Assembly (NCBI RefSeq): GCF_001194135.2
Contig: NC_068983.1
Coordinates: 109,690,907-109,754,906 of the forward strand
Length of the DNA stretch: 64,000 bases
Source: Octopus bimaculoides
Lineage: Eukaryota
Reading direction: 5' to 3'
Position 1 is the first letter of the stretch; every line of letters begins with the position of its first letter. A model generated the notes under the pieces. That model was not told the origin of the DNA. It did not search any database and worked only from the letters and a program-made list of their open reading frames with translations. Positions 12,222 to 25,700 of the stretch are shown here, piece by piece. Both the position numbers and the translations under genes were made by a program.

Positions 12222-12704
12222 ATGCATGCATGTTTCTTTATTTAAAAGTTACAATGTTTGAGTAACATTGCTGGCACTTCTCTTGTCAATAACTTGCCTC
12301 CAAAACACACGGGATAAGATCACTTTCTTGAAAGACAGGTAAGGGTTACTATGTTGAGAATTGCATCCAAATGTTAAACAATGCCTCAATAATATAGTTA
12401 TTTAACCGTGGCTAGCATGGACAATCTGATATAAAAGCAAATAAAACTTAATGCCAGGATACAAATAAATCAAGTAAACCTTGTGAAGTTGCAAATTTAC
12501 AGTAACCACAGAAATTCTTAACTAAATCAGATGATAGATAAATCTGCTGAAATGATGATGATGTAATATGGCAGCTTTCAGAGATTGTATTTGTAATAAG
12601 CTAAATTAAAGAAAGGGACCAATATGTGTTGAAGCATTTTTAAAGGATGGAGTAAGAAATGGTTCAGTATACAGCAAACTAAATATAGCATTATTAGTTT
12701 TTTC

Positions 12705-12908
12705 TGCTTTGGCACAAGGCCTGAAATTTTGTGGGAAGAGGCTAGTCTATTATATCAATCCAAGTGGTTAACAGGTACTTAATTTATCGACCACAGAAGG
12801 ATGAAAGGCAAGATTGACTTTGGGGGAATTTGAACGCAGAATGTAAGGACAAACAAAATACTGCTAAGCATTTTGTCTGGCATGCTAATGATTCTGCCAA
12901 CTTGCTCC
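12705..12908 (-). mobile_element. tRNA-derived SINE family B
   Basis: Minus strand ...TTGGCAGAATCATTAGCATG...GTTCAAATT...GCCTTTCATCC...GTCGATAAATTAAGTACC; homologous to 28431-28642. Confidence 0.75.
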
Positions 12909-15900
12909 TTAAAATAGTGTTAATAATAACTCAGAATATAAAGCACAGATACAAAGTGAGATGAAAGAAAATACGTCACAGTATGAGTTGCTTGAATGGG
13001 ATATGAATGAGCTTCAAACATGAGAATCTGGAGTTATATATAAAAAGAAAAAGCAGAGAACATTCTTTTACCTGTTCAAAGTTATAAACTTACTACAAAG
13101 AATCTATTACATAAGATGACAACCAATAATGAGACTCATACAAGGAGATGGAGATAAGTTCTCTTACATTTCTTAACCCTTTCTAAGGTGGTCATAATAC
13201 TGTTGTCACTGTTGTTGTTCATTCTCAGGTCAACTTTGATTGAGAAGATATATGATTATAACCACTCTAACAATGACCAATCCAACATTTTGTACATCAA
13301 AGATTGCAATACCCAATGTGTTCTTTTTATTTAAGAAAGCAGGGTTATTTATGACTGAGGGAAACATGGCTGGCATTTCTAGCAATTCAAGATACTATAT
13401 ATATGTTTTCTTACTAATTTATCTTCTCACAATTATCACGTTATATAGGATACAATAATATAATCACTAGGTAAAATAGTTTGTTTTGCTTTTGCATTGT
13501 ATAAAATCAAAAGCTCTTATCTCAAAATCAGAGCATGATTATAAAATATAACTTGACTGAAAATATATAAAGTACAAGTAGTATATTTCAAACTGGATAT
13601 TAAGAAAAAAAAATATATTATCATATTTATAAGAGCCATAACAATATTCAGTATTTCACACATTAAAACATACAGTACACATACTACTTCAAGACAGCAT
13701 AATTTCCACATCATCTACATGAAAAAATGAAAATCATGCCATAATATTCAATGATGAATAAAAACAGTAGAAAACATGTCAGCAAAGTATTAGAGCAGCC
13801 TATTTAATGAAGGAATAATGAATAATGCACACACCTGAGAAAATACAGATGTAATGCCACATAAAATTATACAAATAATATTATAAAAATCTATATGAGA
13901 ATACTAAAATCTTTTAGTCAGGAAGTACCTATGATCAATCACAGGGCACCAAGACTGGTGGGAGGGAGTATCCTGAAAGTAGAAACCTGACTTAAATGAT
14001 TGCAATAAAAATGAATTCCACTAGGGGCAAAGAGGTACAAAGTGGTGGTATTAAACCAGATGATGGGTTAAGTCTATGATCCAAGTAGGCCATGGCAGGA
14101 TTTGAAATCAGAAGGCAAAGAAACAGAATAAATAATGCAAGGTATCCAGTTTTTACAGTTCTTTTAACCGACTGGCTTGGATAGGAACATTTTTTTATCA
14201 ATCCTGAAAGGAGGAAAGACCAAGGTGACTCCAGAACACAGATAGTTGGAAAAAATACCATGAAGCACTTTTTCAGATACTCTAACAACTCTGTTGATTC
14301 AATGCTTTCATGTATGTAAAATAATTATGAAACAATATTTATGATGTTAAGGTGCTGCATTTTGATGAGATGATCATATTCAGGTTTGATTTGAGCTATT
14401 GAGGTATTCCACTTTTACTTTACATCTGAATCATTTGAAGTTGTGGTTACTTCAAAAATAAAGCATCCAGCCCATATAAACATAGAGATATAAATCCAAA
14501 ATTTCAAAAACATGATTTTTAGTAGAAGGAAATTATTTGTCTTATCTTATTAAAGTTCAAATCTCACTGATTGGTCAGTTTTGAATTATATTTATGTAGA
14601 GTTGATAAAGTAGCATCAGTACCTTAGTGTCATTGACTAAATCAAATGTACCTCAAATCTAATGAAAACTGAGCTTGGTTTTCATAGAATGCAATGAAAC
14701 ATAAAAAGTTACAAAGACTTGAATAGTATAAATAAATTCAGTTTTATAAATGATAATACAAAATAATAAAAGGGAAAAGAATCCAATAAAAGTACACATG
14801 TCAAATCTTGATAGTTATATTATTATAATGATATAATAAATGGAATTTTATTATTTTTAGTCAAGAAGCTTTAATGACAAATTTCAACATAATATTAGGC
14901 TTTATAATCATTTCAATATGATAAATATTCAAACTGATAATAGTTTTAATAAGTTATTCAACTTTGCATACTTTTAGAAAATACTTTAATGAGAATTTAT
15001 CTAATGCGATAAACACACTTTGCATTTTCCAACAAAACCATGAGGTATATTAATCAACATCCATCAATCTGATTGTTATACTTTTTTAGAATGTAATTTT
15101 CATTTAAACATCCCAGTACTAACACCATCATACCACCTCATTCTGTATTCAAATTCCTGTCCATTTTATTTTTGTTTCAATCTGTAAAATGGTATTCTTC
15201 CACTTAAGCTATGAACTTAAAATCAAGACTGAAATGAACTGTCAAGAATTAAATAATGACCTATAGTTCTAAGTGTGTATTCTGTTTACTGTCACATACA
15301 CTTTCATATGCCTGGAGATAAATAACCAAAGCAATTTTAAAGTGTGTGTATGTAACAAGTAAAATTAGAGTCAACTGTCTTTTTTTTTATGACTTTTAAA
15401 ATTTTCTTAAGCTTCTGATGTGATCATTTAATGTGACATTTATTTTGTAAGTATTGCCTAGTTTTAATGCTTTAAGGAAATATACAAAACACATTGCTTA
15501 TATTTACCATAATTGTTGGAATATAAAATGAATTTTTTTTATCTTTTAAATGTATCAAAATATTGATTTGCATCTAATGTGCCATGTTACAGATGGGAGA
15601 GTGAATGTCATAGGCTAGGAAAGCCAGATGCACAAGTCCATAAGACAAAGCAGTTGTTACTTAGTCTAATAAAGTACTGAAAATGAGCCAAAATATCATA
15701 GCCTGTTTGGAGAAACTTATGAAACATTGCATGCAGTACTTCGATAGTTATGTGAAGAGACCATATTATCTCATTATACCTCCCTTCTCAGCATACATAA
15801 CCCACAACTGATATGACTGTTACATTATTTAACAAATCTTATCTTTAACAAACATTTAATTTTTAATTGTCTAAATGAAAAATTCTGGAAAGATGAATGG

Positions 15901-16210
15901 AATATTAAATCTATATCAGCCTGTCAACTATTTGCAATGACTAGATGACCATCAAACCAGAGCAGTGGTGCACTACCCTGGTGATTGATCACAGTTACAT
16001 AAAACCTCAGCTAGAAATATGAACTTTACGTCCAGTATGGCAATTCTTTTCACAAAAATATAAACTGATGAAAATAAAGCTGGAGTACAATACAACCATG
16101 ATGTAGTTTGTGATTTCATACTTTATTCAAGTATACTATCACAATATTACATAATGTCTGGAAATTATGATTTATATTCTAAAGCTTGCTTAGCTTCTTT
16201 CAAAACATGT

Positions 16211-16277
<67 letters not shown>

Positions 16278-16484
16278 AAATATATATATAAAATATATAA
16301 AATATATATATAAAATATATATATATATATTTCAATAATAATAAATGGGGAAAATTAATCAATTAATTATTTAATAATTAATGATTTTACCAAGTAATTT
16401 GGTATGTTAAAATAACCTTTTAGGATAACATTATACAAATATTCTATAATTATAAGCATAATTATAATCAGGGGTCAGCTAATT

Positions 16485-16623
16485 GCTTCGCCATGCACCG
16501 AATTTAGAAATAGCAGTTAAAATACCTATTTCACTACCATAAATATCTCCCTGTCTGGGAGATATTTATGGTAGTGAAATAGGTATTTTAACTGCTATTT
16601 CTAAATTCGGTGCATGGCGAAGC
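16485..16623. repeat. Perfect 67-bp inverted repeat (5-nt loop) running into an assembly gap
   Basis: 16485-16551 is the exact reverse complement of 16557-16623; loop TGTCT. Confidence 0.95.
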
Positions 16624-16796
16624 NNNNNNNNNNNNNNNNNNNNNNNNNNNNNNNNNNNNNNNNNNNNNNNNNNNNNNNNNNNNNNNNNNNNNNNNNNNNN
16701 NNNNNNNNNNNNNNNNNNNNNNNNNNNNNNNNNNNNNNNNNNNNNNNNNNNNNNNNNNNNNNNNNNNNNNNNNNNNNNNNNNNNNNNNNNNNNNNN

Positions 16797-16965
16797 TATA
16801 TTGGTTGGCGTTAGGAAGGGCATCCAGCTGTAGAAACTCTGCCAAATTAGATTGGAGCCTGGTGTTGCCATCCGGTTTCACCAGTCCTCAGTTAAATCGT
16901 CCAACCCATGCTAGCATGGAAAGCGGACGTTAAACGATGATGATGATGATGATGATGATGATGAT
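16797..16965 (+). mobile_element. 3' end of an RTE-type LINE with (GAT)n tail
   Basis: Near-identical to 19300-19443; ends in about 10 GAT units. Confidence 0.9.
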
Positions 16966-17106
16966 ATATGTATGCTTATGCTCCTCTGTTATGGTTTGGA
17001 GGACTATGATAAATAGAAGGGGACTGAGAACTGGGCCCTTGGGAACTCCAACATGCACACTAAATTCAATGATGTAATAATTGGTAACTCTCATCATATT
17101 ACAGTT

Positions 17107-17285
17107 CTAGTGGTTAAGAGCATAGGCTACTGACCCCAATACCATCGAAAAATACCTTAAGAATGAGAACCCTAGTTCGAAATTTCCCCAATTCACCTGA
17201 TGAAAGCTGGATGGTATATCAGTTGAAACATTGTGTTAACAAACAAGATGAGGACAAATATCTGTCAAATGTAAATAATGTTCTC
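17107..17285 (+). mobile_element. tRNA-headed short element (family D) carrying a hammerhead motif, internally deleted
   Basis: AGTGGTTAAGAGCATAGGCTACTGACCCC head and CATCGAAAAATACCTTAAGAATGAGAAC are both shared with the minus-strand copy at 63552-63662. Confidence 0.7.
17193..17236 (+). ncRNA. Minimal type I hammerhead ribozyme motif (Penelope-type), probably impaired
   Basis: CAC-CTGATGA-A-AGCTG(loop)CAGTT-GAAAC-ATT-GTG: intact CUGAUGA and GAAA core, 5-bp stem II with one G-U pair, short stem I; ACATT in place of the usual ACGTY. Confidence 0.7.
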
Positions 17286-17960
17286 ATCATATTATCTTAA
17301 GCATCTCCGAGGTAATTCCTGTTAGACAAAACTTTTAGTCTTCATGTCCTTAATTGCTTTATCCATCATATAGCTACCCACCAGAAGGGTTTTTTCCTCT
17401 GTCAGGTTCACATAAGAACCATGCTTTTTCCACATCTAAGTATTAAAATGAATAAATGAATATATTGAGGATGTTATACAAAATCAAAATAAATGATGGT
17501 GATATTCTCTGCAACAGATGCATGATAAATTCATGTTATGATGATGACAGCAATGCTGAAGAGGGAATGAGAAATTAATATTTTTTCTTCTCTTTTACAA
17601 GGAGAATTAAATGAAATAAATATTTCTGCCATATCAAATTAAATAAAAAACGAAACTAATTTAGAAGGATTATGAGATAATGTGAAGGAAATTACAAACT
17701 AGCTACTACAGCGAAAGGACGAAGAACCCCAATAAGTACACAGAACAACAGCACAATTATAAAGCTTCAGTTGGAGTTACATTATGAAGACAATGGAATT
17801 GTTTCTTATCTCATTTTCCATTTGTCATGGCTTAGACTTTACTTCCATTACATTCATTACTTTTTTGACTGTAGGTTAAACTTATACCAGGGCAATGTAG
17901 TACCCACAATTCATGTAGGAACATTTATTGATTGAAATACTTATTCTAAAGTTATTGTAC

Positions 17961-19443
17961 AAACGTACAGCAATGAATTCCGGGTAGAGGTAGGGGTCCA
18001 CCAAGGTTCCGTCCTCAGCCCCCTATTATTTACCATAGTCCTCCAGGCAATCACAGAGGAGTTCAAGACAGGTTGCCCCTGGGAGCTCCTCTATGCTGAT
18101 GACCTTGCCCTAATTGCGGAGTCACTATCAGAACTAGAGGAGAAGTTTCAGGTGTGGAAGCAAGGTCTAGAATTGAAGGGCCTTAGAGTCAACCTAGCTA
18201 AAACCAAAATCCTAATAAGTAGGAAGGTAGATAAAACACAAACCCCTTCAGGTAGATGGCCCTGCTCAGTATGTAGAAAAGGAGTAGGTAGTAACTCTAT
18301 AAGATGTACCCGGTGCAAGCTATGGACNNNNNNNNNNNNNNNNNNNNNNNNNNNNNNNNNNNNNNNNNNNNNNNNNNNNNNNNNNNNNNNNNNNNNNNNN
18401 NNNNNNNNNNNNNNNNNNNNNNNNNNNNNNNNNNNNNNNNNNNNNNNNNNNNNNNNNNNNNNNNNNNNNNNNNNNNNNNNNNNNNNNNNNNNNNNNNNNN
18501 NNNNNNNNNNNNNNNNNNNNNNNNNNNNNNNNNNNNNNNNNNNNNNNNNNNNNNNNNNNNNNNNNNNNNNNNNNNNNNNNNNNNNNNNNNNNNNNNNNNN
18601 NNNNNNNNNNNNNNNNNNNNNNNNNNNNNNNNNNNNNNNNNNNNNNNNNNNNNNNNNNNNNNNNNNNNNNNNNNNNNNNNNNNNNNNNNNNNNNNNNNNN
18701 NNNNNNNNNNNNNNNNNNNNNNNNNNNNNNNNNNNNNNNNNNNNNNNNNNNNNNNNNNNNNNNNNNNNNNNNNNNNNNNNNNNNNNNNNNNNNNNNNNNN
18801 NNNNNNNNNNNNNNNNNNNNNNNNNNNNNNNNNNNNNNNNNNNNNNNNNNNNNNNNNNNNNNNNNNNNNNNNNNNNNNNNNNNNNNNNNNNNNNNNNNNN
18901 NNNNNNNNNNNNNNNNNNNNNNNNNNNNNNNNNNNNNNNNNNNNNNNNNNNNNNNNNNNNNNNNNNNNNNNNNNNNNNNNNNNNNNNNNNNNNNNNNNNN
19001 NNNNNNNNNNNNNNNNNNNNNNNNNNNNNNNNNNNNNNNNNNNNNNNNNNNNNNNNNNNNNNNNNNNNNNNNNNNNNNNNNNNNNNNNNNNNNNNNNNNN
19101 NNNNNNNNNNNNNNNNNNNNNNNNNNNNNNNNNNNNNNNNNNNNNNNNNNNNNNNNNNNNNNNNNNNNNNNNNNNNNNAGCGAGATCGTTGCCAGTGCCC
19201 CTGGACTGGCTTGTGCGGGTGGCACATAAAAGACACCATTTCGAGCGTGGCCGTTTTCGTGCGGGTGACACGTAAAAGCACCCACTACACTCTCTGAGTG
19301 GTTGGCGTTAGGAAGGGCATCCAGCTGTAGAAACTCTGCCAAATCAGACTGGAGCCTGGTGTTGCCATCCGGTTTCACCAGTCCTCAGTCAAATCGTCCA
19401 ACCCATGCTAGCATGGAAAGCGGACGTTAAACGATGATGATGA
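17961..19443 (+). mobile_element. 5'-truncated RTE-clade LINE (RT fragment, gap, 3' UTR, GAT tail)
   Basis: Open frame from 17972: NEFRVEVGVHQGSVLSPLLF...ELLYADDLALIAES...GLRVNLAKTK..., then WPCSVCRKGVGSNSIRCTRCKLW; 851-nt N gap; 3' tail (GAT)n. Confidence 0.93.
18328..19178. other. Assembly gap (largest of seven; others at 12163-12172, 16624-16796, 22711-22741, 45833-46166, 59935-60257, 61272-61421)
   Basis: Runs of N, mostly beside repeats. Confidence 1.
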
Positions 19444-20451
19444 CAGGTTGGATTCAAAACATGATCTTTTCTTATATTTTATGAATATTTATATTTTAAC
19501 TGTTTTTACCTCAATATTTTCTAAAGCTTGATTGAGAAGTAAAGGCATCACCTTGGGCCCTTGGAAACTATCTGTAATCAGTATGGTTAAACGATAATTG
19601 GTGAACTTACTATAGATCTAGAAAAGTGTGGCGGTTAGTAAATTCAGAAAATACTGGAAAAAATTGAAGAAACTAAAAAGAAGACCTATGAAATAAAGAA
19701 CTGCATATAAAGCACCATATTACAAAAAAAAAAAAACTTATGAGTTTAGTAAAAGTAGTAGAAAACAAAGAGAAAGCACCACAAACAACTTGGAAAGAGT
19801 CAACATTCTGATGGGACACTAGGAAGAATGGAAACAATTATAATAATAGATGCAGAGGGGCAGAGATAGCATGATAATGAACAAGGGATAAAAGATTTTC
19901 AATAATGCTGGGCTAACTGACTGAATCATGTCTTTTTCCTAAAGGTACTTTTAATTATCCGTACTAAATATATTGTGCTCACAGAGTAGCTAAACACAGC
20001 ATAATTGGGTATCAACTGTTCTTCAAAATTTTAATATTTCTTTTCATTTTTTATATTAAACAAATAATGGTCAGTTTAAATTTATAAAAATTACTGTACA
20101 GTGGTTTTCTTCATTCTGGAAGTAACCAAGTATCATTAATTCTGCCAGGTTGTCAGTCTTCATTGGTAAACACACTACAGTTCTCTACAGGTGAAAAATG
20201 AAGCACATCTAGATCAAAATAGCAATCCTAGATTTTAGGAATATAGGATAATGGGGTATTTGAGATAAGGGTTATAGTTACTGAGTAAACCAATGCTTAT
20301 GAAGACAAAAAGAGTTTTAAAAAATTATTGACATTTGGTAGAATGTACAACTATTGGCAGGTGGACATGCTACAGTTGTGAAAACAGACCCAGAACATGT
20401 AATCAACATAGTTGTTTAGTGTTAGAAAGTATACCAGCCAAGACACTTTAC

Positions 20452-20820
20452 AAGTAAGGAGCTTGCTTCCCAACCATGTGGTCTTGAGTTCAGTCCCATA
20501 GTGCAGCATTTTGGGCAAGTATTGTTGACTGCAGCCCTAAACTGAACAAAGCCTTATGAGTGGATTTGGTTCACAGAAACTAAAAAGAGCCTGCCATATA
20601 ATGTGTGTGTGTCTTTGTATTCATGTTTGTCCTCCATCACCACTTGACAACCAGTGCTGGTTTGTTTACATCCCCATAAGTTAGCAATTTGGAAAAAAGA
20701 GACAGCTAGAATAAATACAAGTACTTAAAAATAAGTACTGGGGTTGATTTGTTCAACTAAACCCTTCAAGGTGGTGCCCCAGTATGGCCATACCCAAAAG
20801 TCAAAAATAAGTAAAAGAAA
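20452..20820 (+). mobile_element. tRNA-derived SINE family A, diverged
   Basis: Colinear similarity to 27741-28190 in both halves. Confidence 0.8.
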
Positions 20821-21733
20821 AGTCATCTAACCATTAGTTGTGTAGAAGAAAATTGGGATAAGAAGCTACAAAAAATTTCATTATCATCTCATTTATTCAA
20901 GTAAGGACAATAGTTAGACATTGCTAAATATTCTCATTCTTTTAATCTTCAAATATTTTGCTAACATAAATAAATCTGTAACAAAGTTTTAATTTATCAA
21001 ATCTCAAATTGATATTACTTTTTTTGGCCAGATAACCCAAGTAATTTCAATGAGAAATTACTCAGACTTTAGATCTTACTGAATAATGCGACAGATCAAG
21101 TGATAAGTGAATTATGTACACAAGTTGAAAAACAAATTAAATTGAAATAGATTCAATATTTCTATTCTATGTATTTAGAATTAACAAAATATACAATAAA
21201 ATTTTACCTGGCAATGTAAATAGTATTCAGTTCTAGAAAGCAATTTTCCTTAGTATTTGTTTGACAATATTTAGTAGGATTATTTTTTAATACTACAGAT
21301 TTTATGTTCTTTCATTTATTGAAAATTTAAATTCAGAATAATTTCAGCATTTTGGTTTGACAATATTTTAATTATTTTTTACTTATTTAAGGCACTTGTA
21401 TGTTAATGACATTAACTTACTGCAAAATATATATTCTAATGATGTTTTTCTTTTTTCAGGTGTTAAGTCTTTTAATAGAGTGAGAAATATAGTATGCATT
21501 AAAGGATTCTATATCTTACAGTTATTTTATTTATAATACCAAATGTATTTTAGCAGGATATAAGGCATTGAACTTCTTATAAAGAGCTAATTTAAGTTCT
21601 AAGACAATTTCACTGAACAAATATTAACTTATTTGGACTAGAACAATTGTTCCATCTTTAAAGTCTCAACATGGTAATTATAGAAAAAAAAATTAGACAC
21701 ACATATACACACATGCATGTGTATATATATATA

Positions 21734-21737
<4 letters not shown>

Positions 21738-21830
<93 letters not shown>
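21738..21830. repeat. (TG)n microsatellite
   Basis: Pure GT run of about 90 bp. Confidence 0.95.
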
Positions 21831-21832
<2 letters not shown>

Positions 21833-22741
21833 AGGCAATAGGTGAGAACCAAATATACTAAGTATAGAAAACACATATAGTAGCACTCTCAAATGAATTG
21901 GACATAAACTCTGAATTCTTTGACCAGGGCAAGGTCCACATCAAGAGATATCCAAGTGAGTTGATATGGAGATAGTGATGTAGACAAACACATATATATA
22001 TTGGGTGACACATATATACATACAGAATGGTAACAAAATAAGATGGTGTGTGGCTTTACATTACATATGTTCAAAAATTATATAGAAATACAAACAAATA
22101 ACAAACAGAAAATACACTCATAGAAAGTCACTAAACCCTCATGGGGTATCATCCAAAGGATAACAATTTCACACCTTTAATGGTAATGCTGTTCCCCTTT
22201 GTGTGTGTCAGTAATGAGAAGCTGCTGGGAAATAGCAAGCAAACAAACAAGGGACCAATCATGGTGGAATGTAAACATACAAAAATGAAATAGATATATG
22301 TTATAGAAACAAAATATTCAAGATGAGACAAATAGCAAACAGACAAGGGACAGAGATGAAAACAAACAATGAAATAAACAGAATAAGGCCTTACAGCTCA
22401 AACATGAGACAAGTATATGGGTAACACCAGGAAAAGTGTCCTGAAGGAGTGGAAATGGAAGGAACAGCACTAGGACAACAAAATATGTTGAAAGTGGGAG
22501 ACAAGATAAACAGGAGATTGGTTTTCTGGGTGATCAGGCATAGAAAGGAAATGGAGGAGAGAGGTCACGATGACTACAGGTCAAGTGGCTGTGGGAGGAG
22601 GGATAAAAAGTGACAGAGGGTAGAGAGAGACAGAGTGCAACAAAGATGGCAGGGGGGAGAGAGAGAGAGAGAGACAGAGGGGGAGAGTGAGAGAGAGAGA
22701 GAGGGGAGAGNNNNNNNNNNNNNNNNNNNNNNNNNNNNNNN

Positions 22742-22788
<47 letters not shown>

Positions 22789-25700
22789 AACATGGAATAT
22801 CAAGCAGTTTGTGAATTAACAGAGGTGGCAGAACTAAAATTTAGTGCTCATTTGAAAGTAATTTGACATTTTGAAGTAAGATCAAGTCAGTGACTGAAAA
22901 GTTTCTGCAGTCACTCCTCTTTTAATAAATGATAATATTTAATTTCATGTTTTCAAAATTACATAATTATACATAATCATATACGTTCTATAATAAAATG
23001 ATTCCGCAATTATATGTTCCAGATAAAAAAAAAACAAATGATTAAATAATTATATATGTTCTATAGTTAAAATGAAAGAAATGCATATAGAATTCATAGA
23101 GGTAGGTTTGTCTTGATTTTTAAAAAGTAACAAATAAAGAATCAGTACAATGCCACATGAAATGCCTGAAGTTTGTTTTATACTTCTGTGTTCTGAATTC
23201 CATCTCTGTCCACTTGGCTTCTCATCCCTTATGGCTATGCTTCAGAGTCTCACAAATCTAATTCAGTACATTTAACTGAAGGTTTGAATCCTAGCAATGC
23301 CTTCTGATTTATTCTTTTGGGATTGATATGATTAATATTAGTTAGATTCTAAATAAAATTTGCTCAACTATACCTGCTCCTCCAAAAACTAACCTTTTGT
23401 CTAGACAAAATGAATCAATATTATATATTCTTCTAAATTCCAGACATATCTTCAAACCCAGTCAATAGAAAGACTGATATTCTTTAGATACTAACTAAAT
23501 ATTAGTTCCTTATAGAAACTACAATTATTTACAGCAACTTCATGCTGTGGATAGTTGTAGATGTTACTATAATACAGTATAAACTTAACTGATGTTTACT
23601 ATTTTTCAAGATAGATTTGAAATAATTATTTTTAAGTGTTTACTGTTGCAAATCTGGTTGTAATGTAATTTAATCTTTTGGTAGTTATTGCAACACACTG
23701 TATAATGGCATCTCTCTTCTCTCTTCTCTCTCTGGAATATATGAATGTTAATAATCAGATAGTTGTCAGATTTATAAAGACCCCTCTTGCTTCCTCCTAG
23801 TAGGTTACAATTTTAAAATAAAATCCACAAAATAAGCTAATTTAGTTAATAGCCTAAGACCATGAAAATAATTAGAAATAAATTGCACCTGTCACTTCAA
23901 AGTCTTTTTGTAAACATCTTCAGCATTTTTACTAATATAAAAATGTTGATGAGTGATTCAAATAAAGAGAAGCCTGTGCATAACTATTCACAGTAACATC
24001 TTTTCAAAAATGGAATCCAGACCAACAACTTTCAATGACTGATACTGAGAATGATAGATAATCATGCTAAATTAGTATTTAATGAAAACTGTAAACTCTT
24101 AAATTCCATATTGGTTTTTGATATTTTGCAGGGATATGATATTATTGCAGCATTAAATGACTTTGAGGCAATAAACCATGATTGTTATGAAAGTAGCTAA
24201 CATTAGAGCACTTAAGCTACTTAAAACAATTGTCCATATGTGAGCAAGAAACGACAAGGAGATAAAACATTGTTAGATAAACAACTTGCCATAAGAAATT
24301 TTGGCATTTAAGTATTGAATTGATTATTCAAAAAGAGAGATGCAGGAATGGAGATAGTTAATGACTGATAAATTCATTTTATTTCATTTATGTAAATAAT
24401 TAAATAGAAAGCCAAAAGGCTAGGGGAATTCTGTGCCATTAATAAATGGCTCACATATTAAAAGTTTTGTTAAATTTGTTTAATCATCTGAGATGGCTTT
24501 GATGTAAATAAAAGCTAGCAAGCTGCTTGGGGATTTTTCTAAAACACTAATAATATATATATATATATATACAACAAACATTTTAATCTATGTTTTAATT
24601 TTTTTATATGCAATGTTCCTTATATGGAGAGCAAAACTAGCTCATGAGTATCAAGCTCAAATCCTACTACAACAGTTATTGAGACAGATTAGCATCTTTT
24701 CCATGAGTAGCAATTTCTCACTAATTTAGCAGTATGTCACACCTCTCTATGCTCCTAGCATGGAAATGTTTGATGAATAGTTTAATATCTAACCATAAGA
24801 TGCAAATATTCAATGAAAAGAAACACTATTTTGAATCACAGATGTAAAAATACAGAGACTAAATTGGATTACGACTTGGTAAATTTGTTCTTAGCAACTG
24901 GATCATAAAAAATTTTCTACAAAGCAACAGAGATGAAATTAAAAGATTATTTGGAATAAGCTAGACTAAATCTTACTCGTAATTCTCCTTTTTAGAGCAA
25001 AAATCTACAACTAATCAATTCTACATGATTTAATTTATTTCATGTAGTCTGCTTAAATCATTTATTTAAAAATGATACTTAACTACTCTTCAATCTCATC
25101 TTAAATATAGAACTTATTCAACTTTTACACTGAGTTACTCTTCAAGGTAAAGATGCTAATAAATGTGAATTTTCTATGTAGTTAATTCAATAGGATTTGA
25201 ACCTGATGCAGTGAAAATCATTTATGTTAGAAACACTACACCTATTTGGTTTATTGGGGACTTTTCAATCCCAGATAGATGTTGAAGGCTATATGGCACC
25301 ACAGACCAGCTGGCTTTAAACTTATTACTCATAAATAACTATAGTAGCTCAAATATTCAGTAATAATTAATCAGTTAAAATATTCTGAATGTTACAGAAA
25401 ACCAATAAGATGAAGCTAAAAGTTAAACTTTCAACTCTAAAAAATGAGACTTTAGATAAACACAATGAACGTTAAATTAAAAAAGATAAAGAATGCTATT
25501 TAATGAAATATGCAAATTATTTGAACATACAAAAGGTTTGACAAGAATCTTAGAATATCTTATTCATGAGATTATTATCTTTTTTTTTTATTTCAGTTCA
25601 AATAATACAATTTTTTCATGAACAAATCTTATGTATTTGTGGCACACATTGAAAAGAAAATTAAAATATGCCTCAAAATCACTAGATTGGAAAGTTTCTT

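Noticed and set aside
11972-12265. HT/CV-repeat ORFs here and at 21638-21892, 27655-28064, 45506-45826, 48296-49200 and 59793-60366
   Set aside because: Translations of (CA)n/(TG)n microsatellites, which lack stop codons; not genes.
16566-19378. Long ORFs containing X runs (also 45586-46206, 61171-61520)
   Set aside because: Artefacts of reading through N gaps; only the RTE RT part (17972-18327) is real coding sequence.
24132-24200. Candidate exon GYDIIAALNDFEAINHDCYESS after a strong acceptor (similar isolated candidates at 21460, 27091, 40396-40440 minus, 41476)
   Set aside because: Weak or absent donors, no recognisable homology, and such acceptors are common in T-rich DNA; not supportable without RNA-seq.
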